From assembly GCA_027484965.1 (NCBI GenBank), contig JAIXRY010000006.1:65738-129737 (forward strand): DNA of 64,000 nucleotides, read 5' to 3'. This document shows positions 28,041 to 38,086 of this stretch, piece after piece. A model generated the notes under the pieces. It worked only from the letters and a program-made list of their open reading frames with translations, did no database searches and was not told where the DNA came from. How positions within the stretch are numbered: position 1 is the stretch's first letter; every line of letters begins with the position of its first letter. Made by a program: the position numbers and the translations under genes. Source of the stretch: a bacterium (GTDB lineage: Bacteria > Patescibacteriota > Minisyncoccia > Phycocordibacterales > UBA9973).

Positions 28041-28090
28041 AAAGCGCACCTCACTCCGAGATACGCTTTTTTTATTTTTCTAAATTTAGA

Positions 28091-28447
28091 TCAAAATCCC
28101 CAATAACAATCTTTATCTACTACTTTGTCTTTTTCAAAAGAAATGTAAGCTTCATAATCCCAAATTCTAGGGTACTGACCATTATAAGAAAAAAGAATAT
28201 GATAAGATGAATCATCCTCTTTTACCTCTTCTCTAATATTTTTCTGACCTAAAAAATCTATAACTTCTTCTTTTGATATACCAGTTAGTATTTTCTCCTC
28301 GCATGTTTTTAAAATAAGTGAGTTTGGTTGAGAAAAAGTTTTTTCATGATAAATAAACCAGATAATGCAGGTAAAAATTATAGTCGCAATTATTCCTACA
28401 ATTATTTTTGCACCTAGATGCAATTCTTTTTTTGTTTGATTTTCCAT
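28091..28447 (-). CDS. Membrane-anchored SmpA/BamE-like protein, possible immunity protein
   Basis: N-terminal TM, then GISKEEVIDFLG...ISFEKDKVV. Confidence 0.6.
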   Translation of the reverse strand: MENQTKKELHLGAKIIVGIIATIIFTCIIWFIYHEKTFSQPNSLILKTCEEKILTGISKEEVIDFLGQKNIREEVKEDDSSYHILFSYNGQYPRIWDYEAYISFEKDKVVDKDCYWGF

Positions 28448-28467
28448 TTTATTACTAATTAACTTAA

Positions 28468-28809
28468 TTACTTGTTTTTCGCTCTATCTTCAAAGAAAGT
28501 TTTAAGGGTTTCAGAAGGGGCTTTATTGCTATCATAATAATACTTATAGTAAGTACTCCCAAGATTGTTTGAGTAAAAATCTTGAGTCTGATAAGCACTA
28601 TCTCCTTGATTACGCACAATTTGACCTACTAACTGAGCATTTTCGACGGCAAAACCAAATAATTCTCCTTTTTCACCTACAACAAGGAAATGTCTCATAT
28701 CAATAACATCACTACTATTTTTAGATTCAAATACATAACGATATTCTTTATTTGGTCCTTCAGCGGAAGATGACAGAGTACTTTTACCCAGTCTTTTCTT
28801 GAAAGTACT
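28468..28809 (-). pseudogene. Start-less fragment resembling an RHS/polymorphic toxin C-terminal domain
   Basis: Frame is open 37 codons upstream of the tracked Met: ..GPNKEYRYVFES....VIDMRHF...GE..G..VE..Q...SAY..QDFYSNNLG. Confidence 0.45.
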
Positions 28810-28840
28810 TTAGTGATTTGATTCATACTTATATTAAATA

Positions 28841-29755
28841 TTATTTACTCTCCATAAAATCATATGCGACTTTTGCAAGTTTTTGTATTTGAAAATAGCT
28901 TTTTGGTGAAATAGATTTATTTACAGACATTACAGCAATTACATAATATGAATTTTTACCTCTTACAACACCCACATCATTACTCCATCTTATAATTGCC
29001 CACCCTTTTTTTATAATAGCTTTCAACAAAGAAAGCATATTATATCTATATAAATTTGTCTCAAGCCACCCTCCCTTGCCATAGTAATTTTCATACACAT
29101 CATTCAACCACAAACCTTTTTTGCCTTGTCTATTAAAACGAAGCATATATTCTTTCAATTTTTTTGAGACAAAAGAACTAATTAATTTTTCTTTTTCAAC
29201 TAAGCATAAAAACTCTACAAGGTGTCTAACACAAGATAGTGTTGTTTCTGAGAATCTATAATCCTTATCTTCCTTAATCCTATCTAAGAATTTTCTCGTC
29301 ACTTCGCTTCCGTACCAATTATACTTGTGTACAATATTCGCTGTAATACTTTCACGCCCAACTAAGTCAATAAGAGTATTTGAAGCTGTATTATCGCTTC
29401 GAGTAAGCATTAGATCTAGCAAATAATCAATAGAAACATTATCACCTTCTTTTAATAAATTCCTTGTATCCCCTGGAAATATTTTGGAATCTTTATCTAC
29501 ATCATTTGGTGATTTTATTTCTATTATTTGATCGAGAGAAAAATCACCTATTTCTATTCTTCTCAAAACCTCAGCTCCAACAAATATTTTATAGACAGAT
29601 GCTGGATAGATAAAATGATCCATATTATAGCCAAATATTTTTGGTTCAGAATAATTTAAATCAATAATAGCTATACCCATTTCATTTTTAGTAAATCCGT
29701 AGGTGTCGAGAATTTTCTTTAAATCTTGACTTCTTTTGATGTTTTCATTAAACAT
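28841..29755 (-). CDS. Class A beta-lactamase-like serine hydrolase
   Basis: PASVYK (SxxK), SDN, KGG in place of KTG, NDVGVV; no signal peptide. Confidence 0.85.
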   Translation of the reverse strand: MFNENIKRSQDLKKILDTYGFTKNEMGIAIIDLNYSEPKIFGYNMDHFIYPASVYKIFVGAEVLRRIEIGDFSLDQIIEIKSPNDVDKDSKIFPGDTRNLLKEGDNVSIDYLLDLMLTRSDNTASNTLIDLVGRESITANIVHKYNWYGSEVTRKFLDRIKEDKDYRFSETTLSCVRHLVEFLCLVEKEKLISSFVSKKLKEYMLRFNRQGKKGLWLNDVYENYYGKGGWLETNLYRYNMLSLLKAIIKKGWAIIRWSNDVGVVRGKNSYYVIAVMSVNKSISPKSYFQIQKLAKVAYDFMESK

Positions 29756-29825
29756 TCATTAATTATATCAAAAAAATTATATTTTTTACTTTTTATAATA
29801 AAAATGATATATTTAAAAACAAAAA

Positions 29826-30362
29826 ATGGAAGATAAAGAAAAAATAGAACTTATTGAAAAAGCTCTAAAAAAAATTAACGGTGTTAATGTAATGATTAAA
29901 AACGATGAGGGAAAAATCCTTGTCGGAAGATCAACATATGGAGAAAAACTTTTTATGTTACCGGGAGGAGCTGTAGAACGAGGAGAATTGCCCAAACACG
30001 CAGCTGCTTCAGAAACAGAAGAAGAAACAGGTATTATTATTGAAGAAAGGGACTTAATTTTGATTGGATATGTCACCCAGAGATTAAAAGGTCTGCAATC
30101 TGCACAAGGAACAGTCTTTATATATGAGTGTACAAAGTATTCAGAGCAACAATTAATGTCTTTTATCCCAGAACTTATAGATATTTCTTTTATGTCATTT
30201 GAAGAAATATATAAAAGAAAAAATGAGTTCGGACTCGGATATTTACGAATGATTATTGCCTACCATAGAGTTATTGAAGAATGCGAACCAGTAATCCCAT
30301 TCGAAAGAAGCTTATCTGATTCAATTGAGATATTTTTTAATGGACACCTTATTCAAGCTTAA
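29826..30362 (+). CDS. NUDIX hydrolase
   Basis: PGGAVERGE...AASETEEETG (Nudix box with Arg replaced by Ser). Confidence 0.85.
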   Translation: MEDKEKIELIEKALKKINGVNVMIKNDEGKILVGRSTYGEKLFMLPGGAVERGELPKHAAASETEEETGIIIEERDLILIGYVTQRLKGLQSAQGTVFIYECTKYSEQQLMSFIPELIDISFMSFEEIYKRKNEFGLGYLRMIIAYHRVIEECEPVIPFERSLSDSIEIFFNGHLIQA

Positions 30363-30401
30363 GACCCGTATACGGGTCTTTTTTTATGCTAAAATATAGT
30401 C

Positions 30402-31082
30402 ATGAAAGCAATCATTCTCGCAGCTGGAAAAGGAACAAGGCTTAAACCTCTTACAGAAAAAACGCCTAAACCACTTCTAAAAATAAAAGATAAAACAATT
30501 CTTGAACATATAATCATATCTCTTCCTGACTCTATAGAAGATATCTATATAGTAGCTGATTATTTAATAGAACAAATGGAAGATTTTGTAAAAACAGTTC
30601 AAATCAAAAAGAATATATACATTATAAAGCAAATATCTGCTCACACAGGCACCATGGCTGCACTTTTATCTGTAAAGCCTTACATAGGAAAAGATGAGCG
30701 CTTCTTAGTGCTAAACGGAGATGACTTGCAAGAAAAAGAAGAGCTGGGCAAATATCTTGAGTATAAGAGGGCGTTTGGAGTGCAACATGCCCATATCCCC
30801 TATTTTGCAATAGAAATAGAAAATGGATTAGTGAAAGGATTTAGACCTCAAACAGAAGAAGAAAAAAATGGCTTAGGTGCCAAGATTGCTACTGGTACTT
30901 ATGTACTTGATTATGAAATATTTAATACAGAACCTATATTGCTTTCTGATGGAAGTATAGGACTTCCTCAAACAATACTCGCAACACAAAATTATCCAAT
31001 AAATTCAGTCGAAACAAAAAATTGGAAACAGATAAATACATTGGAAGATTACAATAAAGTTTTAAAAGAATTTGAAATATAA
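30402..31082 (+). CDS. Sugar-phosphate nucleotidyltransferase
   Basis: ILAAGKGTRL.PLT...PKPLL, LNGD. Confidence 0.9.
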   Translation: MKAIILAAGKGTRLKPLTEKTPKPLLKIKDKTILEHIIISLPDSIEDIYIVADYLIEQMEDFVKTVQIKKNIYIIKQISAHTGTMAALLSVKPYIGKDERFLVLNGDDLQEKEELGKYLEYKRAFGVQHAHIPYFAIEIENGLVKGFRPQTEEEKNGLGAKIATGTYVLDYEIFNTEPILLSDGSIGLPQTILATQNYPINSVETKNWKQINTLEDYNKVLKEFEI

Positions 31083-31087
31083 TTTTT

Positions 31088-31729
31088 TTATTCTATACCT
31101 TCATAAAATCCTTGTTTTTTAGCAGTATATATAGCCCACGTTTTATCTCCGTAGGAATAATGCCACCATTCAAAGGGGTTTGTATTTATAAGACCAGAAT
31201 TAGTCATAGTCCAATACAATAATTCTCTATTCTTCTTTTGTATTATTGTTAAATCTTGGTATCTAGTATGTGATTTTTCAGAGGCTTCTCCAAAATTTGA
31301 ACCCATATCAAGAGGGATTTTATTCTCATCTAAAATAACAACATCTACAGCACCTCCAGTATTGTGAGGTTCTCCAATTTTAGGATAAGCAGCATATTTT
31401 CTTATTATTTTTTCTTTTAAAAATTTTGGTAGATACCAATATTTTTTTGAAATTTTTTTATACTTACTATTCCAGACTTCTTGTTGTAAAGAAATAGGAA
31501 TATACGCAGACATTACCATAAATGAATATTTTTCTGGAAGGTTTTCTGATGCATTTTGTAGCATTTCCCAAACAGTTTTTCTTAGTTTTGGAACAAGCCA
31601 TTTACTCCCATCATTTCTCAAAAAAATATTTTGTGTTTCGTGTATATCAATAAGTGGATCATTATTTTCAATAATGATTATTTTTTGTATTTCTTCTCTA
31701 GAGAATAAATTTATTTCTGGTATTTGCAT
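31088..31729 (-). CDS. D-Ala-D-Ala dipeptidase-like M15D (VanX-family) protein
   Basis: PHNTGGAVD, LDMGSNF, EWWHYSYGD. Confidence 0.85.
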   Translation of the reverse strand: MQIPEINLFSREEIQKIIIIENNDPLIDIHETQNIFLRNDGSKWLVPKLRKTVWEMLQNASENLPEKYSFMVMSAYIPISLQQEVWNSKYKKISKKYWYLPKFLKEKIIRKYAAYPKIGEPHNTGGAVDVVILDENKIPLDMGSNFGEASEKSHTRYQDLTIIQKKNRELLYWTMTNSGLINTNPFEWWHYSYGDKTWAIYTAKKQGFYEGIE

Positions 31730-31738
31730 GCTTACTTT

Positions 31739-32812
31739 TTATAACCCCTCCTCCTTCAATTTCTCTATTATTTCACGAGTCTTTTTTGAGAGTTTTGTTG
31801 GGAAAGCGATCTTTATGCGGAGCAAGATATCGCCTCGCTTTCCACGATTTGGAACACCTTTACCTTTTATACGAAGAAGTTCACCGTGTGTAATACCTTC
31901 TGGAATCTTCACATCAAGGTCTCCATCAAGAGTCTTGAGCTTGTATGTAGTACCTAGAAGCGCGTCTGAGAGCTTCAAAGATACATCTTTGTACAAATCG
32001 AAGCCTTGTCTTACGAAGTCTTTGTGAGCAAGAACATTCACACGAATATACAAATCTCCTGATTGTCCACCAGATACAGCTTCGCCCATTCCTGTCATTC
32101 TAACCATCTGGCCATTTTCGATACCACTTGGAATATTCACTTTTATTTCTTCTCTAACATGGTCTACACCTTTTCCATTACAAGATTTACATTTGTGTTC
32201 TGGAACCTTGCCACTTCCGCGACAAGTATCACAAACACGTTCTGATTGGAATGTACCGAGGAAAGAACGCTTTGTTTCAATGATTCTTCCTTTTCCATTA
32301 CAAGAGTCACAAGTCTTCTGCTTGCTTCCAGATTCTGCACCTGATCCAGAACAAGTTTTACACACACCTGTCTTATTCAATACAACAGTTCTTTCTGTTC
32401 CAAAAACAGAATCTTCAAAACTAATATGAAGCTCAGTAGATATGTCTGCGCCACGACGTGGTCCGCGAGAACGTCCGCCACCAAAAATATCTCCGAATAT
32501 ATCTCCGAAGTCATTCATGTCGAATTCTACACCACCATTTTGGAATCCTGAGAAATCAAATCCTCCGAAACCACCCTGTCCTTGTCCACCACCGAAGCCT
32601 TGAGGTCCAGCACTTCCGAATTGGTCGTATTGAGCACGCTTAGAATCATCAGATAGAGTCTGATATGCTTCATTAGCTTCTTTGAACTTTGAATCGTCAC
32701 CACCATTTTTGTCTGGGTGATGCTTGTGAGCCATTTTGTGAAAGGCCTTCTTGATCTCATCTTTTGACGCACCTTTTTCTACACCAAGAATTTCGTAATA
32801 ATTTTTAGACAT
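31739..32812 (-). CDS. dnaJ: Chaperone DnaJ
   Basis: J-domain HPD, G/F-rich region, four CxxCxGxG repeats. Confidence 0.98.
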   Translation of the reverse strand: MSKNYYEILGVEKGASKDEIKKAFHKMAHKHHPDKNGGDDSKFKEANEAYQTLSDDSKRAQYDQFGSAGPQGFGGGQGQGGFGGFDFSGFQNGGVEFDMNDFGDIFGDIFGGGRSRGPRRGADISTELHISFEDSVFGTERTVVLNKTGVCKTCSGSGAESGSKQKTCDSCNGKGRIIETKRSFLGTFQSERVCDTCRGSGKVPEHKCKSCNGKGVDHVREEIKVNIPSGIENGQMVRMTGMGEAVSGGQSGDLYIRVNVLAHKDFVRQGFDLYKDVSLKLSDALLGTTYKLKTLDGDLDVKIPEGITHGELLRIKGKGVPNRGKRGDILLRIKIAFPTKLSKKTREIIEKLKEEGL

Positions 32813-32903
32813 AGTTAGTTGTTTTTAAATTATGCCCAAAATATGGGACTACTGATAAAAATATGTATGTATCATAGCATAAAATGAGTATTTTGCGAAT
32901 ATA

Positions 32904-33629
32904 CTATTTTGCCAAAAACTGCTTTCTTTCTGCTTCAGGAAAACGTTCTATCGCATAACGAAGGGTTGTTCTTGGGAGAGAATTTTTGTGCTTTTGTAAG
33001 AAATTCTTTAATACATTTTCATCTTTTTTGCCGACCTCACGAAGCATCCAACCACAAGCTTTGTGATTCAAATCTTCTTTGTCATTCTTTAGAATAAGGA
33101 CAATATCGAGAGAGTGTGAAAACACACCCTTTTTAATAAAAGTATAAGTAGAGACTATAGAAATTCTTCTGTCCCATAAATTTTTTGAATTTGAAAGGGA
33201 AGTCAAAATTTCTTTTATTTCACTCGCCTTCTTATTTTCAAAAAGATAATTTCCAAATATTTTGTATACAGAAGTATCTACCAGATCCCAATTGTTTATA
33301 TACTTTTTATTTTTGAAATAAAAATTAAATATAACTTCCCTTTCTTTGTCATTTTTTAATTTAGTCGCCTCTTCGTATTGCAAAACAAGAATATGTAGAG
33401 CAACCAATCTCACTTCGTGGTATGGATTTTTTAGTAATTCTAAAATACTCTTCTTGTCTAAGTCTTTATACTTTTTAGAGATTGCTCTACATTCTGGGAC
33501 TGTTGCACCTATAAACAAATCTCCTTCTCCATATTCACCCTTACCTGTCTTGAAAAAGTATTTTGAGTGTTCACTGCGCTCAATATTTCCAAGTTTTTTT
33601 AGTTCTTTTATGAGAGAATCTATATTCAT
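32904..33629 (-). CDS. AlkD-like DNA alkylation repair glycosylase
   Basis: FFKTGKGEYGEGD, NNWDLVD, GWMLREVGK, RTTLRYAIERF. Confidence 0.88.
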   Translation of the reverse strand: MNIDSLIKELKKLGNIERSEHSKYFFKTGKGEYGEGDLFIGATVPECRAISKKYKDLDKKSILELLKNPYHEVRLVALHILVLQYEEATKLKNDKEREVIFNFYFKNKKYINNWDLVDTSVYKIFGNYLFENKKASEIKEILTSLSNSKNLWDRRISIVSTYTFIKKGVFSHSLDIVLILKNDKEDLNHKACGWMLREVGKKDENVLKNFLQKHKNSLPRTTLRYAIERFPEAERKQFLAK

Positions 33630-33792
33630 TTTTGTATTATATCAAAATAAATTTAAACTGTAATTTATTATATTTGAGCAAAATAAAGGTTAGGAAATAA
33701 GGTTTTACACCTTTGTTTTGACAGCGCTCGGACAATGTGAAAATATAAACACACTTTCACTTGATCCTCTCTTGGCAAAATAAAAGGATCGC

Positions 33793-34353
33793 TTAACGCG
33801 ACCCTAATTTAGCTGTAGTTATTACAATTTCTTCCTCAATTCCATAATGATCATGTTGAGCTTGTTTGGAATCCGAAGCACAAGAACTACACCTGAAATT
33901 CATATTTTCTACCTCTGTAGCGATCCATTTTTTCTCTTCTTCAGAAAAATTCTGGAATTTAAGAACAAATAGAACCCTATCTGCTCCACTTGGATTTACT
34001 TCGAAAACTACAAAGTCTTCTTCAAAATCTTTTAGAATTGCCTGATAAGAAAAGCAGGCAACATCTCCAATGTTATTAAAAATAACACGTGAATGAAATT
34101 CAACTAAGTCTAAATCTTTTGACGGCATAAACTCTCCAAGAGGTTCACTCAACAAAATAATTTTATGACAGCTCCCTTTAAGTTGGGAAAATTTTTGATT
34201 AGATACAGCTTTTCTAGCTGTTTCTAGTGGTTGATTTGAAAAAATGTAAATAATTCCAGGTTCAACCCTGTCTGTAAAAAAATCGTTGAATTTGTTAATC
34301 CAATCTTCTGCTCTTTCAGGAGATGTTTTTGGGTCTTTTAAGCTAGTAGCCAT
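33793..34353 (-). CDS. Hypothetical protein
   Basis: 186-aa ORF with an A-rich leader and a CxxC near the C-terminus. Confidence 0.7.
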   Translation of the reverse strand: MATSLKDPKTSPERAEDWINKFNDFFTDRVEPGIIYIFSNQPLETARKAVSNQKFSQLKGSCHKIILLSEPLGEFMPSKDLDLVEFHSRVIFNNIGDVACFSYQAILKDFEEDFVVFEVNPSGADRVLFVLKFQNFSEEEKKWIATEVENMNFRCSSCASDSKQAQHDHYGIEEEIVITTAKLGSR

Positions 34354-34425
34354 AATCGTTTGTTTTTGGGTTGTGAAAAAAAATGAAAAATCTGAAACTA
34401 TTGTACAATATTTGAATATAAAAGT

Positions 34426-34472
34426 AAATAGGAGAGGAATTTGGGATAATATCCCAAATTCCTCTCCTATTT
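34426..34472. repeat. Perfect 23-1-23 inverted repeat (also a likely msrA terminator)
   Basis: AAATAGGAGAGGAATTTGGGATA-A-TATCCCAAATTCCTCTCCTATTT. Confidence 0.9.
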
Positions 34473-34481
34473 TTGTTAATT

Positions 34482-35021
34482 TTATTGTTTTAATTTATCA
34501 GAAAAATCTTTTTGTAACTTTTCTAATTTTGGACTAATTACAATACTACAATAAGGAAATTCTTTATTCTTTTCATAATAGTTTGAATGATATTCTTCTG
34601 CAGAATAGAATGCTTTTGCAAAATCTATTTCAGTAGTTACAAACTTCCCTTCATCCAAATGTCTTTGAACATTACTTGCAATATCTTTTGCAACACCCAA
34701 CTGCTCTTGTGTTGTACAAAAAATCGCAGACCGATACTGAGTACCAATGTCTGCGCCTTGTCTGTTTTTAGTAGTTGAATCATGAATTTCAAAAAATATC
34801 TCAATCAAATCTTCAATCATAAGAAGTTCTGGATCATATACAACCTCTACCACTTCTGCGTGCCCTGTTTCTCCACTCGAGACCATATCATAATCAGGAT
34901 GAGGAATATCTCCACCCATATATCCAGGTCTTACAGAAATAACTCCATAGACACTTTTAAATATAGCTTCTGTACACCAGAAGCACCCTCCTCCCAAATA
35001 TATCGTTTCGGTTTTATTCAT
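34482..35021 (-). CDS. msrA: Peptide-methionine (S)-S-oxide reductase
   Basis: GGCFWCTE, TGHAE, RQGADIGTQYRS, AEEYH. Confidence 0.96.
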   Translation of the reverse strand: MNKTETIYLGGGCFWCTEAIFKSVYGVISVRPGYMGGDIPHPDYDMVSSGETGHAEVVEVVYDPELLMIEDLIEIFFEIHDSTTKNRQGADIGTQYRSAIFCTTQEQLGVAKDIASNVQRHLDEGKFVTTEIDFAKAFYSAEEYHSNYYEKNKEFPYCSIVISPKLEKLQKDFSDKLKQ

Positions 35022-35078
35022 ATACTAAGTATATTACCCCCACATAAAAGCGCAAGGGATTTTGGAAAATTGCGCATA

Positions 35079-36734
35079 CTATCTTTTTATAAAAAGTCTT
35101 GCCAATCTCAACTCATCAAAAGAATACTTCTTTCCCTCTTTTTCTGCTATAGATTTCAAGGCTGTAAGTTTTCCTTCTGTTTTTTCAAAATATTTCTCAA
35201 CAAAAGTCACAACCTTCCTATCGTGCTTCAAATGATTTATAGAAATATCATCATCGAGAAGAAGAATCTTTTCTAAATGCTCAAATATTGTCCCAACAGT
35301 AAGTTTTCTCTTTTTAGCTATTTCTTCTACAGAATAATATTTTGGAATTAATTCCCTTGTCTTATCTATGGTACTGAGTTTCTCCTCTGCTTCTAATTTT
35401 TTCTTTTCGAGAGTTCCACCCATTCTTTCTATGAAATCATGCTCTAGCTTGGTTTGAGCTTCTTCTGATAAGTCACCAAACAAAGATATATTCGCATTAC
35501 TCTCTCCACGAAGACTTTCATCGAAGAGAAGTATTGCAGGATCCATTTGTACAGCATTATTATTAAAACCTATCAATTTAATACCTGAAAGCTTTCTTAC
35601 ACGAGAAAGTGCTACATATCCCATACCGTGTCCAAAAGATTTGGACAAATCAATCTCTGCAAGATCAAGTGACATTCCCTGACTCTTGTGAATAGTGATA
35701 GCCCAAGCGAGACGTATAGGAAGCTGACTGATTGAAGCCTTAACCTTTCCATCTTCTTCAATACTCCATGTATCTGGCTGAATATGAATGGTCTTGCCGT
35801 CAAGAGTTTTTATTATAGGAGTTTTGTCTGGAAGAATACTATCAATAATTCCACGAGTTCCATTAACATATCCTCCTTCAAAATTATTCTTAATGAACAT
35901 TACCTGAGTCCCTACTTTCAAAGTAAGTTCTTCATGTGCAAGACAACTCTTCTTCAGAAGCTCAACAAGACTCGGATTACCTTTGCTTACCATATAGTAT
36001 GTCGTACCATAACCTTTCAAGTTAGAAAGCTCTAGAAGATTGAGACTATCAACATCAACATTGTGAGTATAAAGCTTAGTTGGAATCATGTCTCCTTCGA
36101 TTTCTACATGCATTCTTTGCTGAAGTTGTTCATAGTGCATCTGGTCAAACGAGTCGGTACGTATGGCATTCAATATCTCTGTAAAAGTATCATCTTCCTG
36201 ACGGTGTTGTTCTGTGAGATAACATACAGCAAGCTTTGCATCTCTCCATGCACGTGAATGCATTGCCATATCCTTCGTGTCTGAGGTACGAAAACGTGTC
36301 ACAGGAGGAAGCTGAAAGAAGTCTCCAGAAAAAATAACTTGCAGTCCTCCAAATGGAAGTGTACTTCTTCTAAAGCGACTACATATCTGATCTATCATAT
36401 CGAGTCTGTGTGAGTGAAGCATTGATATTTCATCAATAATAAGCACGCGCGCTCCATCAAATCTTTTCCATAAGTATTGTTTACTCTCAAGATCGTCAAG
36501 ATCTTTGTCTGTGAGTTCTTCACGAATACCAATACCAGACCAAGCGTGAATTGTCTGACCTCCAATATGAGTAGCAGCAATACCAGTCGATGCTGTAATA
36601 GCAACAGGAATATTGTGATCCTTCAAATACTGTATGTATTGATTGATAACGTAAGTCTTACCAGAACCAGCACTACCAGTGAGATATACATTCACACCTG
36701 TTTTCATTATTTTTAATGCTTGTTCTTGAGTCAT
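35079..36734 (-). CDS. Pif1-family DNA helicase with a C-terminal HTH
   Basis: GSAGSGKT, TASTGIAA, IDEISM, GDFFQLPP, AWAITIHKSQG, YVALSR. Confidence 0.93.
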   Translation of the reverse strand: MTQEQALKIMKTGVNVYLTGSAGSGKTYVINQYIQYLKDHNIPVAITASTGIAATHIGGQTIHAWSGIGIREELTDKDLDDLESKQYLWKRFDGARVLIIDEISMLHSHRLDMIDQICSRFRRSTLPFGGLQVIFSGDFFQLPPVTRFRTSDTKDMAMHSRAWRDAKLAVCYLTEQHRQEDDTFTEILNAIRTDSFDQMHYEQLQQRMHVEIEGDMIPTKLYTHNVDVDSLNLLELSNLKGYGTTYYMVSKGNPSLVELLKKSCLAHEELTLKVGTQVMFIKNNFEGGYVNGTRGIIDSILPDKTPIIKTLDGKTIHIQPDTWSIEEDGKVKASISQLPIRLAWAITIHKSQGMSLDLAEIDLSKSFGHGMGYVALSRVRKLSGIKLIGFNNNAVQMDPAILLFDESLRGESNANISLFGDLSEEAQTKLEHDFIERMGGTLEKKKLEAEEKLSTIDKTRELIPKYYSVEEIAKKRKLTVGTIFEHLEKILLLDDDISINHLKHDRKVVTFVEKYFEKTEGKLTALKSIAEKEGKKYSFDELRLARLFIKR

Positions 36735-36780
36735 GTTGTATAAGTATACACTAATTAAATAATTCTAAATACACCTTATT

Positions 36781-37668
36781 TTACAAGCTTTTTTCCATAG
36801 CATCTTTCAGATTTGTAACAGAGAATACAAAACCTTCTTTTTTAATTTTTGAACTATCTATAACAAAATCTGAAACAAGAGAATCTGCGAATTCTAAGTA
36901 TATGAGCTTTGCAGCAAATACTGGAATTCTCCACAACAAAGGAGACTTAGTCACCACTCTAATAGTATTCATAAAATCTTTTTGAGTTGGACTTTCTACA
37001 GCTGTATTATAAATATCCGAAAGATTGTTCTCTATCGCATATATATACATATCAATAATATCTTGATAAAAAATCCAAGGCATATGTTGCGTCCCATTTC
37101 CAAAATATCCTCCAATCCACTTCTCGAACAATCCTTTCAAGACAGAGAGTAGTCCACCTGGTCCTATCACATGAGCTGTTCGAAGTATTACCGTTCTTAC
37201 TCCAAACTCTTCTGCCTTTTTTGCCTCACTTTCCCAATCAATACAAACACGAGCAAGGAAATCATCTCCTTTTTCTGATTCTTCATTCAAAATATTTTTA
37301 CTACTTTTATAAAACCCAATAGCAGAAGCAGAGACTAAGACTTTTGGTTTTGTCTCTAATTTCTCTATAGCGTCCACAATATTTTTTGTTGTACCTATGC
37401 GAGAATTATAAACCAGTTCTTTGTACTCTTTTGTAAACCTTCCAAAAATGGGCACACCTGCAAGATTTATTATTCCATACACATCATTAAATATATCTAG
37501 ATTCAAAGCATCTTTTGAAATATCTAACGTAACAGAAGATAGATTTGGATTCACAATACGAGAAGGTATTTTATCCAAAACAACAACACCATATCCAAGA
37601 GATAATAATTTTTCACTAAGCTTTGTACCTATAAATCCAGCACCACCTGTTATAAGAATTTTTTTCAT
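36781..37668 (-). CDS. TIGR01777/YfcH-like NAD-dependent epimerase
   Basis: TGGAGFIG, INLAG, SASAIGFY, FLARVCIDWE. Confidence 0.88.
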   Translation of the reverse strand: MKKILITGGAGFIGTKLSEKLLSLGYGVVVLDKIPSRIVNPNLSSVTLDISKDALNLDIFNDVYGIINLAGVPIFGRFTKEYKELVYNSRIGTTKNIVDAIEKLETKPKVLVSASAIGFYKSSKNILNEESEKGDDFLARVCIDWESEAKKAEEFGVRTVILRTAHVIGPGGLLSVLKGLFEKWIGGYFGNGTQHMPWIFYQDIIDMYIYAIENNLSDIYNTAVESPTQKDFMNTIRVVTKSPLLWRIPVFAAKLIYLEFADSLVSDFVIDSSKIKKEGFVFSVTNLKDAMEKSL

Positions 37669-37774
37669 TAATTAATTATATCAGACAAAACAAAATCCCA
37701 ATTTTTATTTTAGGATTTCGACTTTCTAAAAGTCTTTAATTTTAAATCTATAATATTAATTAAAAAACCAAATC

Positions 37775-37951
37775 CTAATTAGAATTTGGTTTAGTATTTT
37801 GTCGTATTTCATCTAGTATTCCAAACAAGACCATACAAAATGCCATTGCAGCGATTGACAATAAGAGATCTACTTTTGCTGAAATCAATAAACACATAAT
37901 CAATACAGATGAAACCCAAACAAAAATACTTGGAAATTTTGGTATATTCAT
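37775..37951 (-). CDS. Small 2-TM membrane protein (58 aa; not in the ORF track)
   Basis: MNIPKFPSIFVWVSSVLIMCLLISAKVDLLLSIAAMAFCMVLFGILDEIRQNTKPNSN; promoter TTGCAT-N17-TATAGT; hairpin over the stop. Confidence 0.6.
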   Translation of the reverse strand: MNIPKFPSIFVWVSSVLIMCLLISAKVDLLLSIAAMAFCMVLFGILDEIRQNTKPNSN

Positions 37952-38086
37952 AATTTTAGTTTTTTTTACTATATAATATAAATATCAATTATGCAAATAC
38001 AAAAAGAGCCCTTATTTAGGGCTATTTTTGTAAGAACTATTTATTTTTGTTCTTCAGAAGCTTCAGTACTTTTTTGCACCTCGAAA

